Shown here: one piece after another, positions 45,159 to 56,220 of the stretch | How positions within the stretch are numbered: position 1 is the stretch's first letter | Layout of the letters: each line of letters begins with the position of its first letter | From: Phycisphaerae bacterium | GTDB lineage: Bacteria; Planctomycetota; Phycisphaerae; SM23-33 | Length of the DNA stretch: 64,000 bases | Direction: 5' to 3' | Assembly: GCA_963664745.2 (NCBI GenBank) | Contig: CAXXMC010000001.1 | Location: forward strand, 264 to 64,263 | Program-made: the position numbers and the translations under genes | Notes under the pieces: generated by a model | Told to the model about the DNA's origin: nothing | Database searches by the model: none | The model's input: the letters and a program-made list of their open reading frames with translations, nothing else

Positions 45159-46100
45159 ATGCATCAGGCCAAGACTAAAGTTGTCGATTGTACGATCCGT
45201 GACGGCGGATTGATGAACAATTCAAAGTTTGACCTCGAAACGGTCCAGGCTGTTTTTCGTGCCTGCTGTGAATCAGGTATCGATATTTGTGAGCTGGGTT
45301 ATCGTAACAGCAAGGAAATGTTCGACCCTGCGGAGTTCGGCCCATGGCGATTTTGCGACGAGGAAGACCTCAAAAAAGCGACAGACGGCGTCGATCGAGG
45401 CAACATGAAAATCGCGCTGATGATGGACTCGCACAAGGCTTCAGCGGACGATCTGCTGCCTGCTTCGGAGTCGGTCGCGGACATGATACGTTGCGCAACT
45501 TACGTAAAGGACATCAACAAAGCCGTTAGGCTCGCACAGGCTGCCAATGAGCTGGGCTACGAGACGACCATGAACATCATGGCTATCACGCACACCCATA
45601 TGCCGCAACTGGAAGATTGTCTCGACCAGATTGAAGAGGAAACAGACGTCAAGTCCGTGTACATTGTTGACAGTTTCGGCAATATGTACATGGATCAGCT
45701 GCACTTCATGGTCGCAAAGTATCAGATGCACCTGAAGACCAAGGAAGTAGGCGTGCACTTCCACAACAACCAACAGCTGGCCTTCGCCAACACCATGGAA
45801 GGTATTATCCACGGTGCAACCTGGGCCGACGGAACACTCAACGGGCTGGGCCGGGCTGCGGGAAACTGCCCGCTGGAACTGCTTATCAGCTTCCTGAAAA
45901 ATCCGGATATCGATATTCTGCCGATTCTCGACTGCATCGGAAAATATATAATCCCGCTGAAGGAAAGTATCGAGTGGGGCTATCATGTGCCTTACATGAT
46001 CACGGGCATTTTGAATCAGCATCCGCAGGCAGCCATGCAATGGATGAATGGCGAACGCAAACACGACTACGTCCGCTTCTATGCTGAAGTCGATGAGTAA
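45159..46100 (+). CDS. HMGL-like (pyruvate-carboxyltransferase/aldolase-type) TIM-barrel protein
   Basis: The ATG at 45159 has the RBS ggag. Motifs ..VVDCTIRDGG.., ..VHFHNNQQLAFAN.. and ..GLGRAAGNCPLE.. are HMGL-family signatures. Confidence 0.75.
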   Translation: MHQAKTKVVDCTIRDGGLMNNSKFDLETVQAVFRACCESGIDICELGYRNSKEMFDPAEFGPWRFCDEEDLKKATDGVDRGNMKIALMMDSHKASADDLLPASESVADMIRCATYVKDINKAVRLAQAANELGYETTMNIMAITHTHMPQLEDCLDQIEEETDVKSVYIVDSFGNMYMDQLHFMVAKYQMHLKTKEVGVHFHNNQQLAFANTMEGIIHGATWADGTLNGLGRAAGNCPLELLISFLKNPDIDILPILDCIGKYIIPLKESIEWGYHVPYMITGILNQHPQAAMQWMNGERKHDYVRFYAEVDE

Positions 46101-46130
46101 AACTTTCTACACATAATAGACTTTGGAATC

Positions 46131-46176
46131 AGGAGTGAGAGAAAAACCATCAGTTTTCTCGCTCCTGTTTCATTTT
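46131..46176 (+). terminator. Putative intrinsic terminator after the HMGL-like gene
   Basis: An imperfect hairpin, aggagtgagagaaaa..ttttctcgctcct, is followed by the T-rich gtttcatttt. Confidence 0.5.
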
Positions 46177-46216
46177 AATACGTGTTATTTGCGACACTTT
46201 TTTGGAAAATACAAAA

Positions 46217-47899
46217 ATGGAAACGCCAGAAACAAACGAACCCCTCGACTTCATTCGAACTATCGTTGCCAATGATTTAAAATCAGGCAAGTGGGATAAA
46301 ATCATCACCCGATTCCCACCCGAGCCGAACGGCTATCTTCACATAGGCCATGCCAAGGCATTCTCCCTGAACTTCGGCATGGCTGAGGAGTTCGGCGGGC
46401 AGTGTCACCTGCGTTTCGACGACACCAACCCCACAAAGGAAGAGGAAGAATACGTCCAGTCGATCCAGGAAGATATAAAGTGGATGGGCTGGAGCTGGGG
46501 CGATAACCTTTTCTTCGCATCCGATTATTTTGCAAAAATGTATGAATATGCTCTTGAGCTTATCAGGGCTGGGGTTGCCTACGTTGACGATCAGACGCCC
46601 GATGAAATTCGCCAGGGCCGAGGCTCACTGAACTCGCCAGGCCAGAACAGCCCGTTCCGGGACAGACCGGCCGACGAGAATCTCGACCTGTTCGAGCGTA
46701 TGAAGAACGGCGAATTTCCCGACGGGTCGCGCGTACTCCGCGCCAAGATAGACATGGCCAGCCCGAACATCAATCTCCGTGACCCCGTAATGTACCGCAT
46801 TCTGCACGCCGAACATCACCGTCAGGGCAACAAATGGTGCATCTATCCCATGTACGATTGGGCGCATGGCCTGGAGGATTCCATCGAGGGAATCACCCAC
46901 TCCTGCTGCTCGCTTGAATTTGAAAACCATCGCCCGCTTTATGACTGGTTCCTGAATCAGCTTGATGTACACCACCCGCAGCAGATAGAGTTCGCCAGAC
47001 TTAACCTGACCTATACCGTCATGAGTAAACGCAAGTTACTCCAACTGGTAAACGATAGCTATGTCTCAGGCTGGGACGACCCGCGAATGCCGACCATATC
47101 AGGCCTGCGCCGCCGAGGATATACGCCAGAGGCAATCCGCGAGTTCCTCAAACGGGCAGGCATTAACAAGTTCAACAGTACGATAGACGCCGCACTACTC
47201 GAGCATTGCCTCCGCGCCGATCTTAACCAGACATCGAATCGCGTCATGGGCGTACTGAATCCGCTCAAGGTTGTCATCACGAATTACCCCGAAGGCCAGA
47301 CCGAGGAACTCGACGGTATAAATAATCCTGAAGACGAATCGGCAGGCATGAGAAAAATTCCGTTTGGCAGGGAGCTTTACATCGAGCGGGAAGACTTCAT
47401 GGAAGACCCGCCGAAGAAATTCTTCCGTCTTTCGCCCGGCAAAGAGGTTCGCCTGCGTTTTGCATACTTCATAACCTGCAATGATGTTATCAAGAACGAC
47501 GCCGGCGAGGTGACCGAGCTGCATTGTACATACGACCCTGCGACTCGCGGCGGGGATTCGCCCGACGGACGAAAGGTCAAGGCAACCCTGCATTGGGTTT
47601 CCGCTGAACACGCAGTCCCTGCGGAAGTCAGGCTGTATGATCATCTCTTCACGAAAGAGAACCCGGAAGACGTTGAAGAAGACAAGGATTTCACCGCAAA
47701 TATCAACCCAGATTCGCTGAAAATTCTGCCGGCCTGCTATGTCGAACCTGCCTTGACCAAGGCTGAGCCAGGTACGCGAGTTCAGTTTGAAAGGCTGGGC
47801 TATTTCTGCGTCGACCCGGATTCCACCCCGGATAAGCTGGTAGTGAACCGCACCGTAACCCTCAAGGACACCTGGGCGAAAATACAAAAACAACAATAG
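46217..47899 (+). CDS. glnS: Glutamine--tRNA ligase
   Basis: The class-I HIGH motif is ..[14 protein letters not shown].. and the KMSKS motif is ..VMSKRKL.. Overall it reads as GlnRS (..RFDDTNP.., ..YDWAHG..). The ATG at 46217 is preferred over the TTG at 46202. Confidence 0.95.
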   Translation: METPETNEPLDFIRTIVANDLKSGKWDKIITRFPPEPNGYLHIGHAKAFSLNFGMAEEFGGQCHLRFDDTNPTKEEEEYVQSIQEDIKWMGWSWGDNLFFASDYFAKMYEYALELIRAGVAYVDDQTPDEIRQGRGSLNSPGQNSPFRDRPADENLDLFERMKNGEFPDGSRVLRAKIDMASPNINLRDPVMYRILHAEHHRQGNKWCIYPMYDWAHGLEDSIEGITHSCCSLEFENHRPLYDWFLNQLDVHHPQQIEFARLNLTYTVMSKRKLLQLVNDSYVSGWDDPRMPTISGLRRRGYTPEAIREFLKRAGINKFNSTIDAALLEHCLRADLNQTSNRVMGVLNPLKVVITNYPEGQTEELDGINNPEDESAGMRKIPFGRELYIEREDFMEDPPKKFFRLSPGKEVRLRFAYFITCNDVIKNDAGEVTELHCTYDPATRGGDSPDGRKVKATLHWVSAEHAVPAEVRLYDHLFTKENPEDVEEDKDFTANINPDSLKILPACYVEPALTKAEPGTRVQFERLGYFCVDPDSTPDKLVVNRTVTLKDTWAKIQKQQ

Positions 47900-47960
47900 A
47901 CTCTGTGTTAGAGCATCTTAAAGTTGTTCTAATTTATGGCTTGCGGGTATTGAAGTTGAT

Positions 47961-48836
47961 TCAGGCAGAGCGTCTTTTTCGGCGGATAATCACTGCCAGT
48001 CCTCCCGCAACCAGCAGAGCTAAAGTAGCAGGCTCTGGGACTGGATTGGGATTAGTCACAAAGCTTGTCACCGCGCCGATATAGACATCATCATGGCCAT
48101 AGTAATCCTTCAGATACCAACGCATATCCGTTTCATTGTATACTACGTCATAGTATTTTAGACATTCATCCCTGGGAGCGTCGCCATCCTTATCGTCATC
48201 GGAATCTGTTACCCATACGCCGTAATATGAAAATGTCCAATCCTCATTCATTGTATAGTTCACGCCCCAGCAGGTTATCATATGTGAAATACCTTCACCG
48301 GGCGGGAATTGTCCTACCCAAAGACCTGTAGCCATGCCCTGGGTCAAACCACTGTAGATTGCCCCCAGGGAACTCGGTTCATAATTGGTATACACCCTGT
48401 ATTGATATGTTGTGAGTTCCGGGTAAAATCCTCCGCCAGCCAAATCTACCTGGGAGTATTCGGAATTTCCCTGCATTGGATTAACGCCACTCAGCCACCA
48501 GTCAAAGGCATATCTTGAATCTCCAGCAGTGTCCGTCCAATGATCCTGAAAATACTGGAAAATATCCTGGGCTGATGTCCCGGTCACGCCAGGCTGACCC
48601 CAGCCACCCCATGCAAGTATGTTGGATGTAGTGGCTGCCCAACACATCAGATCGTCTTCGGTATTATCCAGACTCTTTTCCGCATCATGCCACGTCCCGC
48701 CGAAGTTATCATACAGCATCAGGGTCGTCCCAAAACTTGCGTCGCCCACAAGTTCGACTGACCGATCTGCATAGGTAGACGCAGATATCAGCAGAGATAT
48801 TGCAAAAACCGACAATAGATAGCAAATTCTAAGCAT
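47961..48836 (-). CDS. Secreted PEP-CTERM protein with a papain-like Cys/His motif arrangement (putative cysteine peptidase)
   Basis: The ATG at 48836 has the RBS ggag, and the signal peptide is MLRICYLLSVFAISLLISASTYA. The motifs ..DDLMCWAATTSNILAW.., ..GISHMITCWGV.. and ..VWVTDSDDD.. occur in that order. The C-terminus is VPEPATLALLVAGGLAVIIRRKRR. Confidence 0.6.
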   Translation of the reverse strand: MLRICYLLSVFAISLLISASTYADRSVELVGDASFGTTLMLYDNFGGTWHDAEKSLDNTEDDLMCWAATTSNILAWGGWGQPGVTGTSAQDIFQYFQDHWTDTAGDSRYAFDWWLSGVNPMQGNSEYSQVDLAGGGFYPELTTYQYRVYTNYEPSSLGAIYSGLTQGMATGLWVGQFPPGEGISHMITCWGVNYTMNEDWTFSYYGVWVTDSDDDKDGDAPRDECLKYYDVVYNETDMRWYLKDYYGHDDVYIGAVTSFVTNPNPVPEPATLALLVAGGLAVIIRRKRRSA

Positions 48837-48999
48837 TTCCACTCCAATCACCTTAACCCCGGGCTGAAAACAGCCCTGCTTCCAACAAAATCCTAACTGA
48901 GCACATCAGGCTACTTAAATTATCAAGGGGAAAACGTTTTTTGTAAAGAGGAAATTTCCTCTTTTGGTAGGCTAAAAATAAGCAAAATAACTTATTTTT

Positions 49000-49770
49000 T
49001 TAACCTAACCCCAGAACTTCCCCATCATTTCTGGCTATGATTTTCTGCCCAGGCTGAACGATCAGAAAATCATCGTCCCATTGCCCCATAAAAAGTCGCT
49101 GCAAGAGGGTCATGTCACCTTTGCGGAGTTCAAAATCCCAGCCTTTTTCACTGGCCCTGCTGCGAGATAACTCGATAAAAGGCGTTTCGTCACAGGTTTT
49201 CATTTCGAGATAGCAGGTTTTGCTGTAGGCCTTCTCCCAGCCTCCCAGGGTTTCGATTATATAATCTGCGTTGTCCTTGCCGTGCTTGGCGACAAGCTCG
49301 TCGTAAGATTCAGTCAAGCCGAGCTTTGCCATAACGCCTTCCCGGTCATAGGCAGGCCGCTCGATTTGGCCATCGCTGGAATTGTTACGCTCCAGCCAGC
49401 CCGTGGTTTCATAGTACGTGCCCGGATTGTCGTTGAAGAATTCCAGATAACCATCACGTGATCCGAAAAACACGGTTATGCAGTCATGAGCTTTGGGAAT
49501 AACCAAAGGTATACTTCGTGCCTGAACACCCACAAGTCCGTCGTTACATCTTGCGTATCCCAGGATTATTGCGTCGTATTTTTCGGGCGATTCCTCGACT
49601 GCGTCGACGGCAGCCTGGACTTTCTCGACCATATCGGTTGTGGGGAGGTCATGCAATCCCTTGGCCAGGAACTCAAGATCAACACGATTCTGCACGCTCG
49701 CAGCCAGGTAACAGGCCTCGCGATAGAAAATCTCACATCCTATGAATTTCATTTTTTTTACTTCATTCAT
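49000..49770 (-). CDS. DUF1638-family protein
   Basis: ..FIGCEIFYREA..GLHDLP..YDAIILGYARCNDGLVG..PLVIPKAHDCITVFFGS..PGTYYETTGW.. follows the DUF1638 consensus pattern as I remember it. Confidence 0.65.
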   Translation of the reverse strand: MNEVKKMKFIGCEIFYREACYLAASVQNRVDLEFLAKGLHDLPTTDMVEKVQAAVDAVEESPEKYDAIILGYARCNDGLVGVQARSIPLVIPKAHDCITVFFGSRDGYLEFFNDNPGTYYETTGWLERNNSSDGQIERPAYDREGVMAKLGLTESYDELVAKHGKDNADYIIETLGGWEKAYSKTCYLEMKTCDETPFIELSRSRASEKGWDFELRKGDMTLLQRLFMGQWDDDFLIVQPGQKIIARNDGEVLGLG

Positions 49771-49830
49771 CTCTTACAGCTCCAGATCAAATCCCCAAAT
49801 ATCCCGTGGGGACTTCTTTGACATCATTTT

Positions 49831-51177
49831 TTATTCACGGGACAGAATACTAGACGAGAGTGGTTTTGTCCTGTAAAACGTCAACTGATGCATCGGCTCA
49901 TCGCTTAGGTAGAGCACAATCCGATTATCATCTATTTGCCTGAGTTTACAGACCAAACTATCCCGATCTTTAGTAAGGGTCACCTCGTAAAGGTCTTCAT
50001 CCAGCAATCTGCCCCGGCCTGTGATATTCACGCCGGACATGACCACAATCATTACCCCGTCTCGATGACTGATATCCAAAGATTGCGGAGCGCTGGCCTG
50101 GATCGCAGCCATGATCGGATCCCGCAACAAAGGCCTGCAGTTACGAGGCTGAAGTTCCACATATTCACCGGCAAGGGGCAACAACGGGCCTGAGGGGGCG
50201 GGCAAAATCACAGTCTGCGGGGCAAGGGAAGCGATTTCAAGCGAAACGTCACGCAAGGAGACAGGAAGTTCAAAAATAAAAACTATCGTCTTCCGGGCGT
50301 ATGGCTGCAATTTTATCACACGAGACATGGCCTGTATGGGCACGGAATAATCTTGACCAAGCAGTGACTCCCCAAGCGACGGGAATATTTTTTTTGCGTT
50401 TTTAAGAATCACAGCCGGGCCTGTATCGGAAAAAGTCAGGGGCTCCTTGCCAGCCTGGATTTCCACGGTAAGATTGCAGTACAAATAACCAGGCCTGGCT
50501 GGGATATAGCCATCATGGGCAAAAAAAGTCCAGGCAACAGCTTTTGTGACAATCGTGGGAATCTCGGATAGTGAAATTTCAGCGACCTTAACTTGCGGGC
50601 CAGGTTGAGATGACGAAGGCTCGATAAGGGATTTCACATAACTGCGAATCTGAGGCCTGTATCTGATAACAGCTGCCAGGCCAATCGCTATCAACGTTAT
50701 CAGTATGAACCAGAAACCAAGCCGGCTGGTCACAGGCGTCCGCTCAGCCTGCCGGGCCTTGGCCTTTTCAACCCCAGCTGCGTGGAGCCGTTCGTGAGCT
50801 GCGACGTATGAATCCTGTTGCTCCCTCGGCTTGTCAGCCCCGGTCATGTCATCATCATCCAGAAAAGGCACCCGAAGCAATTGCGTACAAAATCGACAGC
50901 GAATCATACGACCGGCCAGACGCTTTGTAAGCTTGATCTGTTCTCCACATTTGCTGCAATAAACAATCATCCGCCGGCTCAGAATCTGCTGGGCAAGTTG
51001 GGCAAAACCCATCTCCGCACCCGGGCTGTCAAAACCCGAGTTTTCATATGACTCCGATTGGTCAGGCTGAGGATTCAGGAGAATGTAATGGCCACACTTT
51101 GCACACCTTAGGACTTCGTCTGGCGGGTGTTCGTCAAACGTATACTGCCGGCCACATTGTCCGCAAATAATCTGCAT
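49831..51177 (-). CDS. Membrane protein with two N-terminal zinc-ribbon motifs
   Basis: The zinc ribbons are MQIICGQCGRQY..RCAKCGH and VYCSKCGEQI..RCRFCTQ. One TM segment follows (LGFWFILITLIAIGLAAVI), then a ~270-aa C-terminal domain of unknown family. Confidence 0.6.
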   Translation of the reverse strand: MQIICGQCGRQYTFDEHPPDEVLRCAKCGHYILLNPQPDQSESYENSGFDSPGAEMGFAQLAQQILSRRMIVYCSKCGEQIKLTKRLAGRMIRCRFCTQLLRVPFLDDDDMTGADKPREQQDSYVAAHERLHAAGVEKAKARQAERTPVTSRLGFWFILITLIAIGLAAVIRYRPQIRSYVKSLIEPSSSQPGPQVKVAEISLSEIPTIVTKAVAWTFFAHDGYIPARPGYLYCNLTVEIQAGKEPLTFSDTGPAVILKNAKKIFPSLGESLLGQDYSVPIQAMSRVIKLQPYARKTIVFIFELPVSLRDVSLEIASLAPQTVILPAPSGPLLPLAGEYVELQPRNCRPLLRDPIMAAIQASAPQSLDISHRDGVMIVVMSGVNITGRGRLLDEDLYEVTLTKDRDSLVCKLRQIDDNRIVLYLSDEPMHQLTFYRTKPLSSSILSRE

Positions 51178-51225
51178 TTATTCTCAATAATCAGAATTCA
51201 GGATTCAGGATTCGGTAGTAGGAAA

Positions 51226-52869
51226 TCAGACAAAACGCTGCGCTATCGGTACCCGCCTACCCATGCCGAATGCCCTGCTGGAAACCTTTAATACCCGGGC
51301 AGCCTGCTGACGCTTGTACTCGGAAATATCAACAAGCCTCACAATACGTCGAACAAGATCAGCCTGATCAGCCAGGCCCCCTTCCATAATTTCGCCTGCG
51401 GTTTTATCGTGCTCGACGTACTGCTTCAGAATTTCATCGAGAAGTTCGTAAGGCGGGAGCTTGTCCTGGTCGGTCTGGCCTGGTTTAAGCTCGGCGCTGG
51501 GGGCCTTGGTCAGAATATTCTCCGGTATGCAAACTCCGCCGTGTTCCGCGTTCAGCTGACGGGCCAGGTCGTAGACCTGCGTCTTCAGGACATCGCCGAT
51601 CGGCGCAAGCCCGCCGCACATATCGCCGTAGAGCGTGCAGTATCCCACCGAAAGCTCGGACTTATTGCCCGTCGCCAGCGGCAGATTCCCCATCGCGTTG
51701 GAATAGGCCATGACCAGGTTCCCACGGATGCGGGCCTGGATATTCTCAGCTGCAAGTTCGCTGCTGCTCCCGCCACCCGCCAACAATTCCCCCGTCGCCT
51801 GCTCGAAGGCGGCGTGCATCGGCTCGATGGGCACGACCTGATACCCCAGGGCCAGGTTTTTAGCCAGTTGTTTCGCGTCATCCAACGAATGATCCGAACT
51901 GTATCGGCTGGGCATGGCCAGGGTGTGAACATTCCCTGGTCCGAGCGCATCCGCAGCCAGGGCGGCGACCACGGCGGAGTCAATTCCGCCCGACGATCCC
52001 AGCACGACGCGGGAAAAGCCGCACTTGGTAACGTAATCCCGCAGGCCCAGTTTCAGTGCTGAGGACAGCCTTTGCATTTCCCCGCCGAGCGGCTCGCATC
52101 TGGCAGGAGTCTTGCCCGGCACGTCAACTATCAGCAGGTCTTCCTTAAAAGCCTTGGCCCGGCCTAGGATTTTGCCGTCTGGCGATATCACGCAACTACA
52201 GCCATCGAATATCAGTTCATCGTTACCGCCGACCTGATTGACATAGACGATGGGCAGGCCATGCCTTGCTGCCTGGCGGACGAAAAGTTCCTCACGATGT
52301 AAGGCTTTGCCCATTTCGTACGGACTGGCAGCGAGGTTTATGACCATATCAGCATCGGCCAGGGGAGCTATGGGGTCTTGCTGATAAAGTTCCCTGCCCA
52401 GCGCGTCGCTGTCCCATAGGTCCTCGCAAATGCTCAGTCCAAGCCTTTGGCCGTTGAGTTCGACGAACCCCGGCGCCAGGCCCGGCTCGAAATATCTGGT
52501 CTCATCAAAAACGTCGTAAGTCGGCAGTAGCGTTTTGACGTGAACGTGTTGAATTTTTCCCCCAGCCAGCAAGGCGGCGCAATTCTGCAAAGGCCTGCCC
52601 GCCTGGCCCGGCGTGGGACGCACGAAACCAACCAATGCTGCTATGTCATTAGTCCTGGCTGCGAGAGCTTCCACCGCTTTGACGCTGGCTGAGACAAAAC
52701 CGTCCTTCCGCAAGAGGTCACGCGGCGGATATCCCACCACTGCCAGCTCGCCGAATACGACCAACTCAGCCTCCTGCTGTCGGGCACGGGCTATAAAATC
52801 AGCCATGCGCTCGCAGTTGCCCGCTATATCGCCAACCACCGGATTGAATTGTGCTAATGCTATCTTCAT
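51226..52869 (-). CDS. nadE: Glutamine-dependent NAD+ synthetase
   Basis: The N-terminal nitrilase-like domain reads MKIALAQFNPVVGDIAGN..FGELAVVGYPPRDL.. The C-terminal NAD synthetase domain carries the SGGIDS P-loop (..VVLGSSGGIDSAVV..). Confidence 0.9.
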   Translation of the reverse strand: MKIALAQFNPVVGDIAGNCERMADFIARARQQEAELVVFGELAVVGYPPRDLLRKDGFVSASVKAVEALAARTNDIAALVGFVRPTPGQAGRPLQNCAALLAGGKIQHVHVKTLLPTYDVFDETRYFEPGLAPGFVELNGQRLGLSICEDLWDSDALGRELYQQDPIAPLADADMVINLAASPYEMGKALHREELFVRQAARHGLPIVYVNQVGGNDELIFDGCSCVISPDGKILGRAKAFKEDLLIVDVPGKTPARCEPLGGEMQRLSSALKLGLRDYVTKCGFSRVVLGSSGGIDSAVVAALAADALGPGNVHTLAMPSRYSSDHSLDDAKQLAKNLALGYQVVPIEPMHAAFEQATGELLAGGGSSSELAAENIQARIRGNLVMAYSNAMGNLPLATGNKSELSVGYCTLYGDMCGGLAPIGDVLKTQVYDLARQLNAEHGGVCIPENILTKAPSAELKPGQTDQDKLPPYELLDEILKQYVEHDKTAGEIMEGGLADQADLVRRIVRLVDISEYKRQQAARVLKVSSRAFGMGRRVPIAQRFV

Positions 52870-53130
52870 AATTTTTTATTAACGTCCCATGGACGAACCT
52901 TGTCGATTCCATTTCACCGTGGAGTCAACAGATATTGATTCCTATACGATAAATTTAGCGTCTCAACGCCCCCGTGTGAACTTTTTTATTTCCAAACGGC
53001 AAGAATTCAGACAGGAATATAATAAGGCCGGATTGAAAAAATTGAATATATTGCATTTTTCCGACAAATGTATAGGATGATAGATCGTCGGGAATGAGAT
53101 TTTGGTCAACCATTGGAATTGGAGATAAAA

Positions 53131-53529
53131 ATGAAACACATGACATTTGTATTGGCGGTGTTGATTTTGACAGCGGTCGCAGGCTGCGATAAAAAGGTCA
53201 AAATAACCTTTACGAATATTACCTCCAGCCCGGTCGAGGTTCAGCTCAATGGCCCTGGCGAGGGCACGGGACTTCTCGGCTCGATGGGCCCCACCGGCGG
53301 AAGGGTTCGCACGGAACTTAAAGTAAGCAAATCAATTCTGCCTGCCTACTATACCTGGAACGCCGGCCCATGGTCAGGCGGTTTTTCCATCAGCAAGAAA
53401 ACACCCAAGGAACTGTGGATTGACGTAGGCACCAGCAGGGGCGCACGCGATAAGCATACCGAAATCCTGGAACACAAAGAAGAAGTCCGTACAATCACGA
53501 CGCAGGAAGAAGTCGTCACGCCGGATTGA
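53131..53529 (+). CDS. Small hypothetical lipoprotein
   Basis: The ATG at 53131 has the RBS ggaga. MKHMTFVLAVLILTAVAGC is a signal peptide with a lipobox. Confidence 0.6.
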   Translation: MKHMTFVLAVLILTAVAGCDKKVKITFTNITSSPVEVQLNGPGEGTGLLGSMGPTGGRVRTELKVSKSILPAYYTWNAGPWSGGFSISKKTPKELWIDVGTSRGARDKHTEILEHKEEVRTITTQEEVVTPD

Positions 53530-53615
53530 GCAAGTACTCTGTCCCGCGAATAATGCAGGATACCTGCTTGTGGCTATAACACTTAAAGCCCTTTTTCCTT
53601 TTTGAGAGATATCAC

Positions 53616-53966
53616 GTGATAGCGAATCTTCTAACTATAGGCCAAGTTCTTGAGACGGTTATGCTGGTATGCTTCGGCTGTTCCTGGCCTATCTCTATTC
53701 TCAAGAGCTGGCGCACAAAGTACGTCCGCGGTAAAAGCGTCGGATTCATGCTGCTGGTCGTGTTAGGATACCTCGCCGGCACTGCATCCAAGCTGGTCCG
53801 GGCAGCATACGCCCATGAAATGCCCGAATACACGACGCCCCTGTATCTCCTCAACGCCATTCTTGTTGTTGTCGACCTATTGCTGTACTACAAATATCGA
53901 AACAATCACCACCCCACGACAAAAGAAGCAGGCTGTGACATTACAGGAATGATCGACGGAGAGTGA
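53616..53966 (+). CDS. Small three-TM membrane protein, PQ-loop/SemiSWEET-like (tentative)
   Basis: This is a 116-aa ORF with a GTG start. The sequence ..LVCFGCSWPISILKSWRTKYVRGKSVGFMLL.. resembles a PQ-loop repeat. It has three hydrophobic segments. Confidence 0.45.
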   Translation: MIANLLTIGQVLETVMLVCFGCSWPISILKSWRTKYVRGKSVGFMLLVVLGYLAGTASKLVRAAYAHEMPEYTTPLYLLNAILVVVDLLLYYKYRNNHHPTTKEAGCDITGMIDGE

Positions 53967-54245
53967 TACCCTGTCAAAACGGCTATCTGTACCAGATTCC
54001 CAGCCGATTTGACAGTTTTTCGAGATACCAAGAATTCATAAGTGCTTGTTTAATAGCATCTAAAAAACTTGGCACGGGGTTTGCAGCTAACATGGCAGCC
54101 GGAGGCGCGTAGGACTCTACGCGCAGGCTTTTTGGCGAAAATATCGGTTTAGTATTGTAGCTCACCGGTTTTACTGTGTTTTAGAGAGTTAAGAAGATTC
54201 TTGACAGCCGAGTTTATTATTGGCCAAAGGAAAGAGAGAAATATT

Positions 54246-56171
54246 ATGGCATCAAAAAAAGTAATTGGAATTGACCTTGGCACGACCAACAGCGTCGTAG
54301 CCGTTATGGAAGGTAACGAGCCTAAAGTGCTGATCAATCAGCAGGGCGCCAGGATTACACCCAGCGTGGTGGCCTTTACCGACAAGGGCGAACGTCTGGT
54401 AGGCCAGCCGGCCCGCCACCAGCAGGTGACCAATCCCGGTAATACGGTATTTTCCATCAAGCGTTTCATGGGAAGGCGACATGCTGAAGTTGCTTCCGAA
54501 GAAAAGATGGTTCCCTACGGCGTGATCGGCGGCCCCGAAGACCTGGTGAAGGTCCATGCCCACGGCAAGGACTACACCCCCCAGGAAATCTCAGCCATGA
54601 TTCTGGGCGACCTGAAGAAGACAGCTGAGGATTATCTGGGCGATACCGTAGAGAGGGCGGTCATCACCGTCCCTGCCTACTTCAATGACTCCCAGCGAAC
54701 AGCTACGAAAGAGGCTGGCGAAATCGCAGGCCTGAAGGTCGAGCGTATTATCAACGAGCCTACCGCAGCTGCCCTTGCATACGGCATGGCGAAAAAAGCC
54801 AACGAAAAAGTCGCGGTATTCGACTTCGGCGGCGGAACGTTCGATATCTCCATCCTCGACATCGGCGACAACGTCTTCGAGGTCATGGCTACAAACGGCG
54901 ATACCCATCTAGGCGGTGACGATCTGGACGAAATTCTCATCAATTATATTGCTGACGAATTCAAACGAACCGAGGGAATCAACCTCCGCACTGACCCGAT
55001 GGCCCTGCAGCGTCTGAAAGAAGCTGCCGAGAAGGCCAAGTGCGAACTGTCAACCGCAATGGAGGCAAATATCAATCTGCCGTTCATCACAGCGACAGCT
55101 GACGGCCCGAAGCACCTTACAATGACGCTGTCCCGTGCGAAATTCGAGCAGCTTTGCGACCCCGTTTTCCAACGGCTGGCTGGGCCTTGCAAGGCCTGCC
55201 TGAAAGACGCCAAAATGTCCAACGGCGATGTTGACGAAGTTCTTCTCGTCGGCGGTTCCACCAGAATTCCGAAGGTTCGCGAACTGGTGAAGGAAATCTT
55301 CGGCAAGGAACCCAACAAGTCCGTCAACCCCGACGAAGTCGTAGCGGTCGGCGCAGCTGTGCAGGGCGCCATCATCACAGGCGATGTCGAAGAGCAGATG
55401 GTTCTGCTTGACGTCACCCCGCTTAGCCTGGGTGTTGAAACCCTCGGCGGCGTGATGACTAAACTCATTGAACGCAATACCACCATCCCGACTGAGAAGA
55501 AGGAAACATTCTCCACAGCTGCGGATAATCAGACCGAAGTGACCATCCATGTCCTGCAGGGCGAACGCGAATTTGCCAAGGACAACCGGACGCTGGGCCA
55601 GTTCAACCTGACGGGCCTGCCGAACGCCCCACGCGGCGTGCCGCAGATCGAGGTTGCCTTCAATATCGACGCAAACGGTATACTGCACGTCACCGCCAAG
55701 GATCTTGCCAACGGCAAAGAGCAGACCATCGAGATCAAAGGTTCCAGCGGCCTGGATTCAAGCGAAATCGACAAGATGAAGGCCGACGCTGAAAGTCACG
55801 CCGAAGAAGACAAGAAGCGGCGAGAACTGGTCGACCTGAAAAACCAGGCAGATTCTCTGCTTTACAACGTCCGCAAAACCCTCAGCGAGGCTGGCGAAAA
55901 AGTCGACGCCGGTGATCGAAGCAATATCGAATCGGCTGCTTCGGCTCTCGAAGAAGCCCTCAAGGGCGATGACGCCGAATCCATAAAGAAGGCTATGCAG
56001 AATGTGGAGCAGGCTTCGCACAAGCTGGCTGAGGCCATGTACAAGCAGGCCGGCGCCGCAGCTGGGGCTGCTCCGGGAGCTGCACCCGGCGAAGCTCAAC
56101 CGACCGGCGAAGAAAAGAAAGACGACGGCGGAGATGATGTGATCGATGCCGAATATGAAGTGAAAGAGTAA
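54246..56171 (+). CDS. dnaK: Molecular chaperone DnaK (Hsp70)
   Basis: [20 protein letters not shown].., ..DLGGGTFD.. and ..[11 protein letters not shown].. are canonical Hsp70 signatures. The ATG at 54246 gives the normal N-terminus. Confidence 0.97.
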   Translation: MASKKVIGIDLGTTNSVVAVMEGNEPKVLINQQGARITPSVVAFTDKGERLVGQPARHQQVTNPGNTVFSIKRFMGRRHAEVASEEKMVPYGVIGGPEDLVKVHAHGKDYTPQEISAMILGDLKKTAEDYLGDTVERAVITVPAYFNDSQRTATKEAGEIAGLKVERIINEPTAAALAYGMAKKANEKVAVFDFGGGTFDISILDIGDNVFEVMATNGDTHLGGDDLDEILINYIADEFKRTEGINLRTDPMALQRLKEAAEKAKCELSTAMEANINLPFITATADGPKHLTMTLSRAKFEQLCDPVFQRLAGPCKACLKDAKMSNGDVDEVLLVGGSTRIPKVRELVKEIFGKEPNKSVNPDEVVAVGAAVQGAIITGDVEEQMVLLDVTPLSLGVETLGGVMTKLIERNTTIPTEKKETFSTAADNQTEVTIHVLQGEREFAKDNRTLGQFNLTGLPNAPRGVPQIEVAFNIDANGILHVTAKDLANGKEQTIEIKGSSGLDSSEIDKMKADAESHAEEDKKRRELVDLKNQADSLLYNVRKTLSEAGEKVDAGDRSNIESAASALEEALKGDDAESIKKAMQNVEQASHKLAEAMYKQAGAAAGAAPGAAPGEAQPTGEEKKDDGGDDVIDAEYEVKE

Positions 56172-56220
56172 TCTGTTAGATAAAAAATTTCAGATTTTGG
56201 AATTCATTTTTTGAATACCT

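Noticed and set aside
54070-54135. A sigma54-like -24/-12 match (TGGCACggggtTTGCA, 54070..54085) lies upstream of dnaK. A perfect 8-bp hairpin (gcgcgtag-gact-ctacgcgc, 54106..54125) and a T-run follow it.
   Set aside because: - It is a single consensus match with no enhancer-binding-protein gene nearby.
- A terminator-like hairpin directly downstream would leave only a ~35-nt transcript.
- The hairpin is explained more simply as the terminator of the upstream 53616..53966 gene.

The evidence is not strong enough to annotate.
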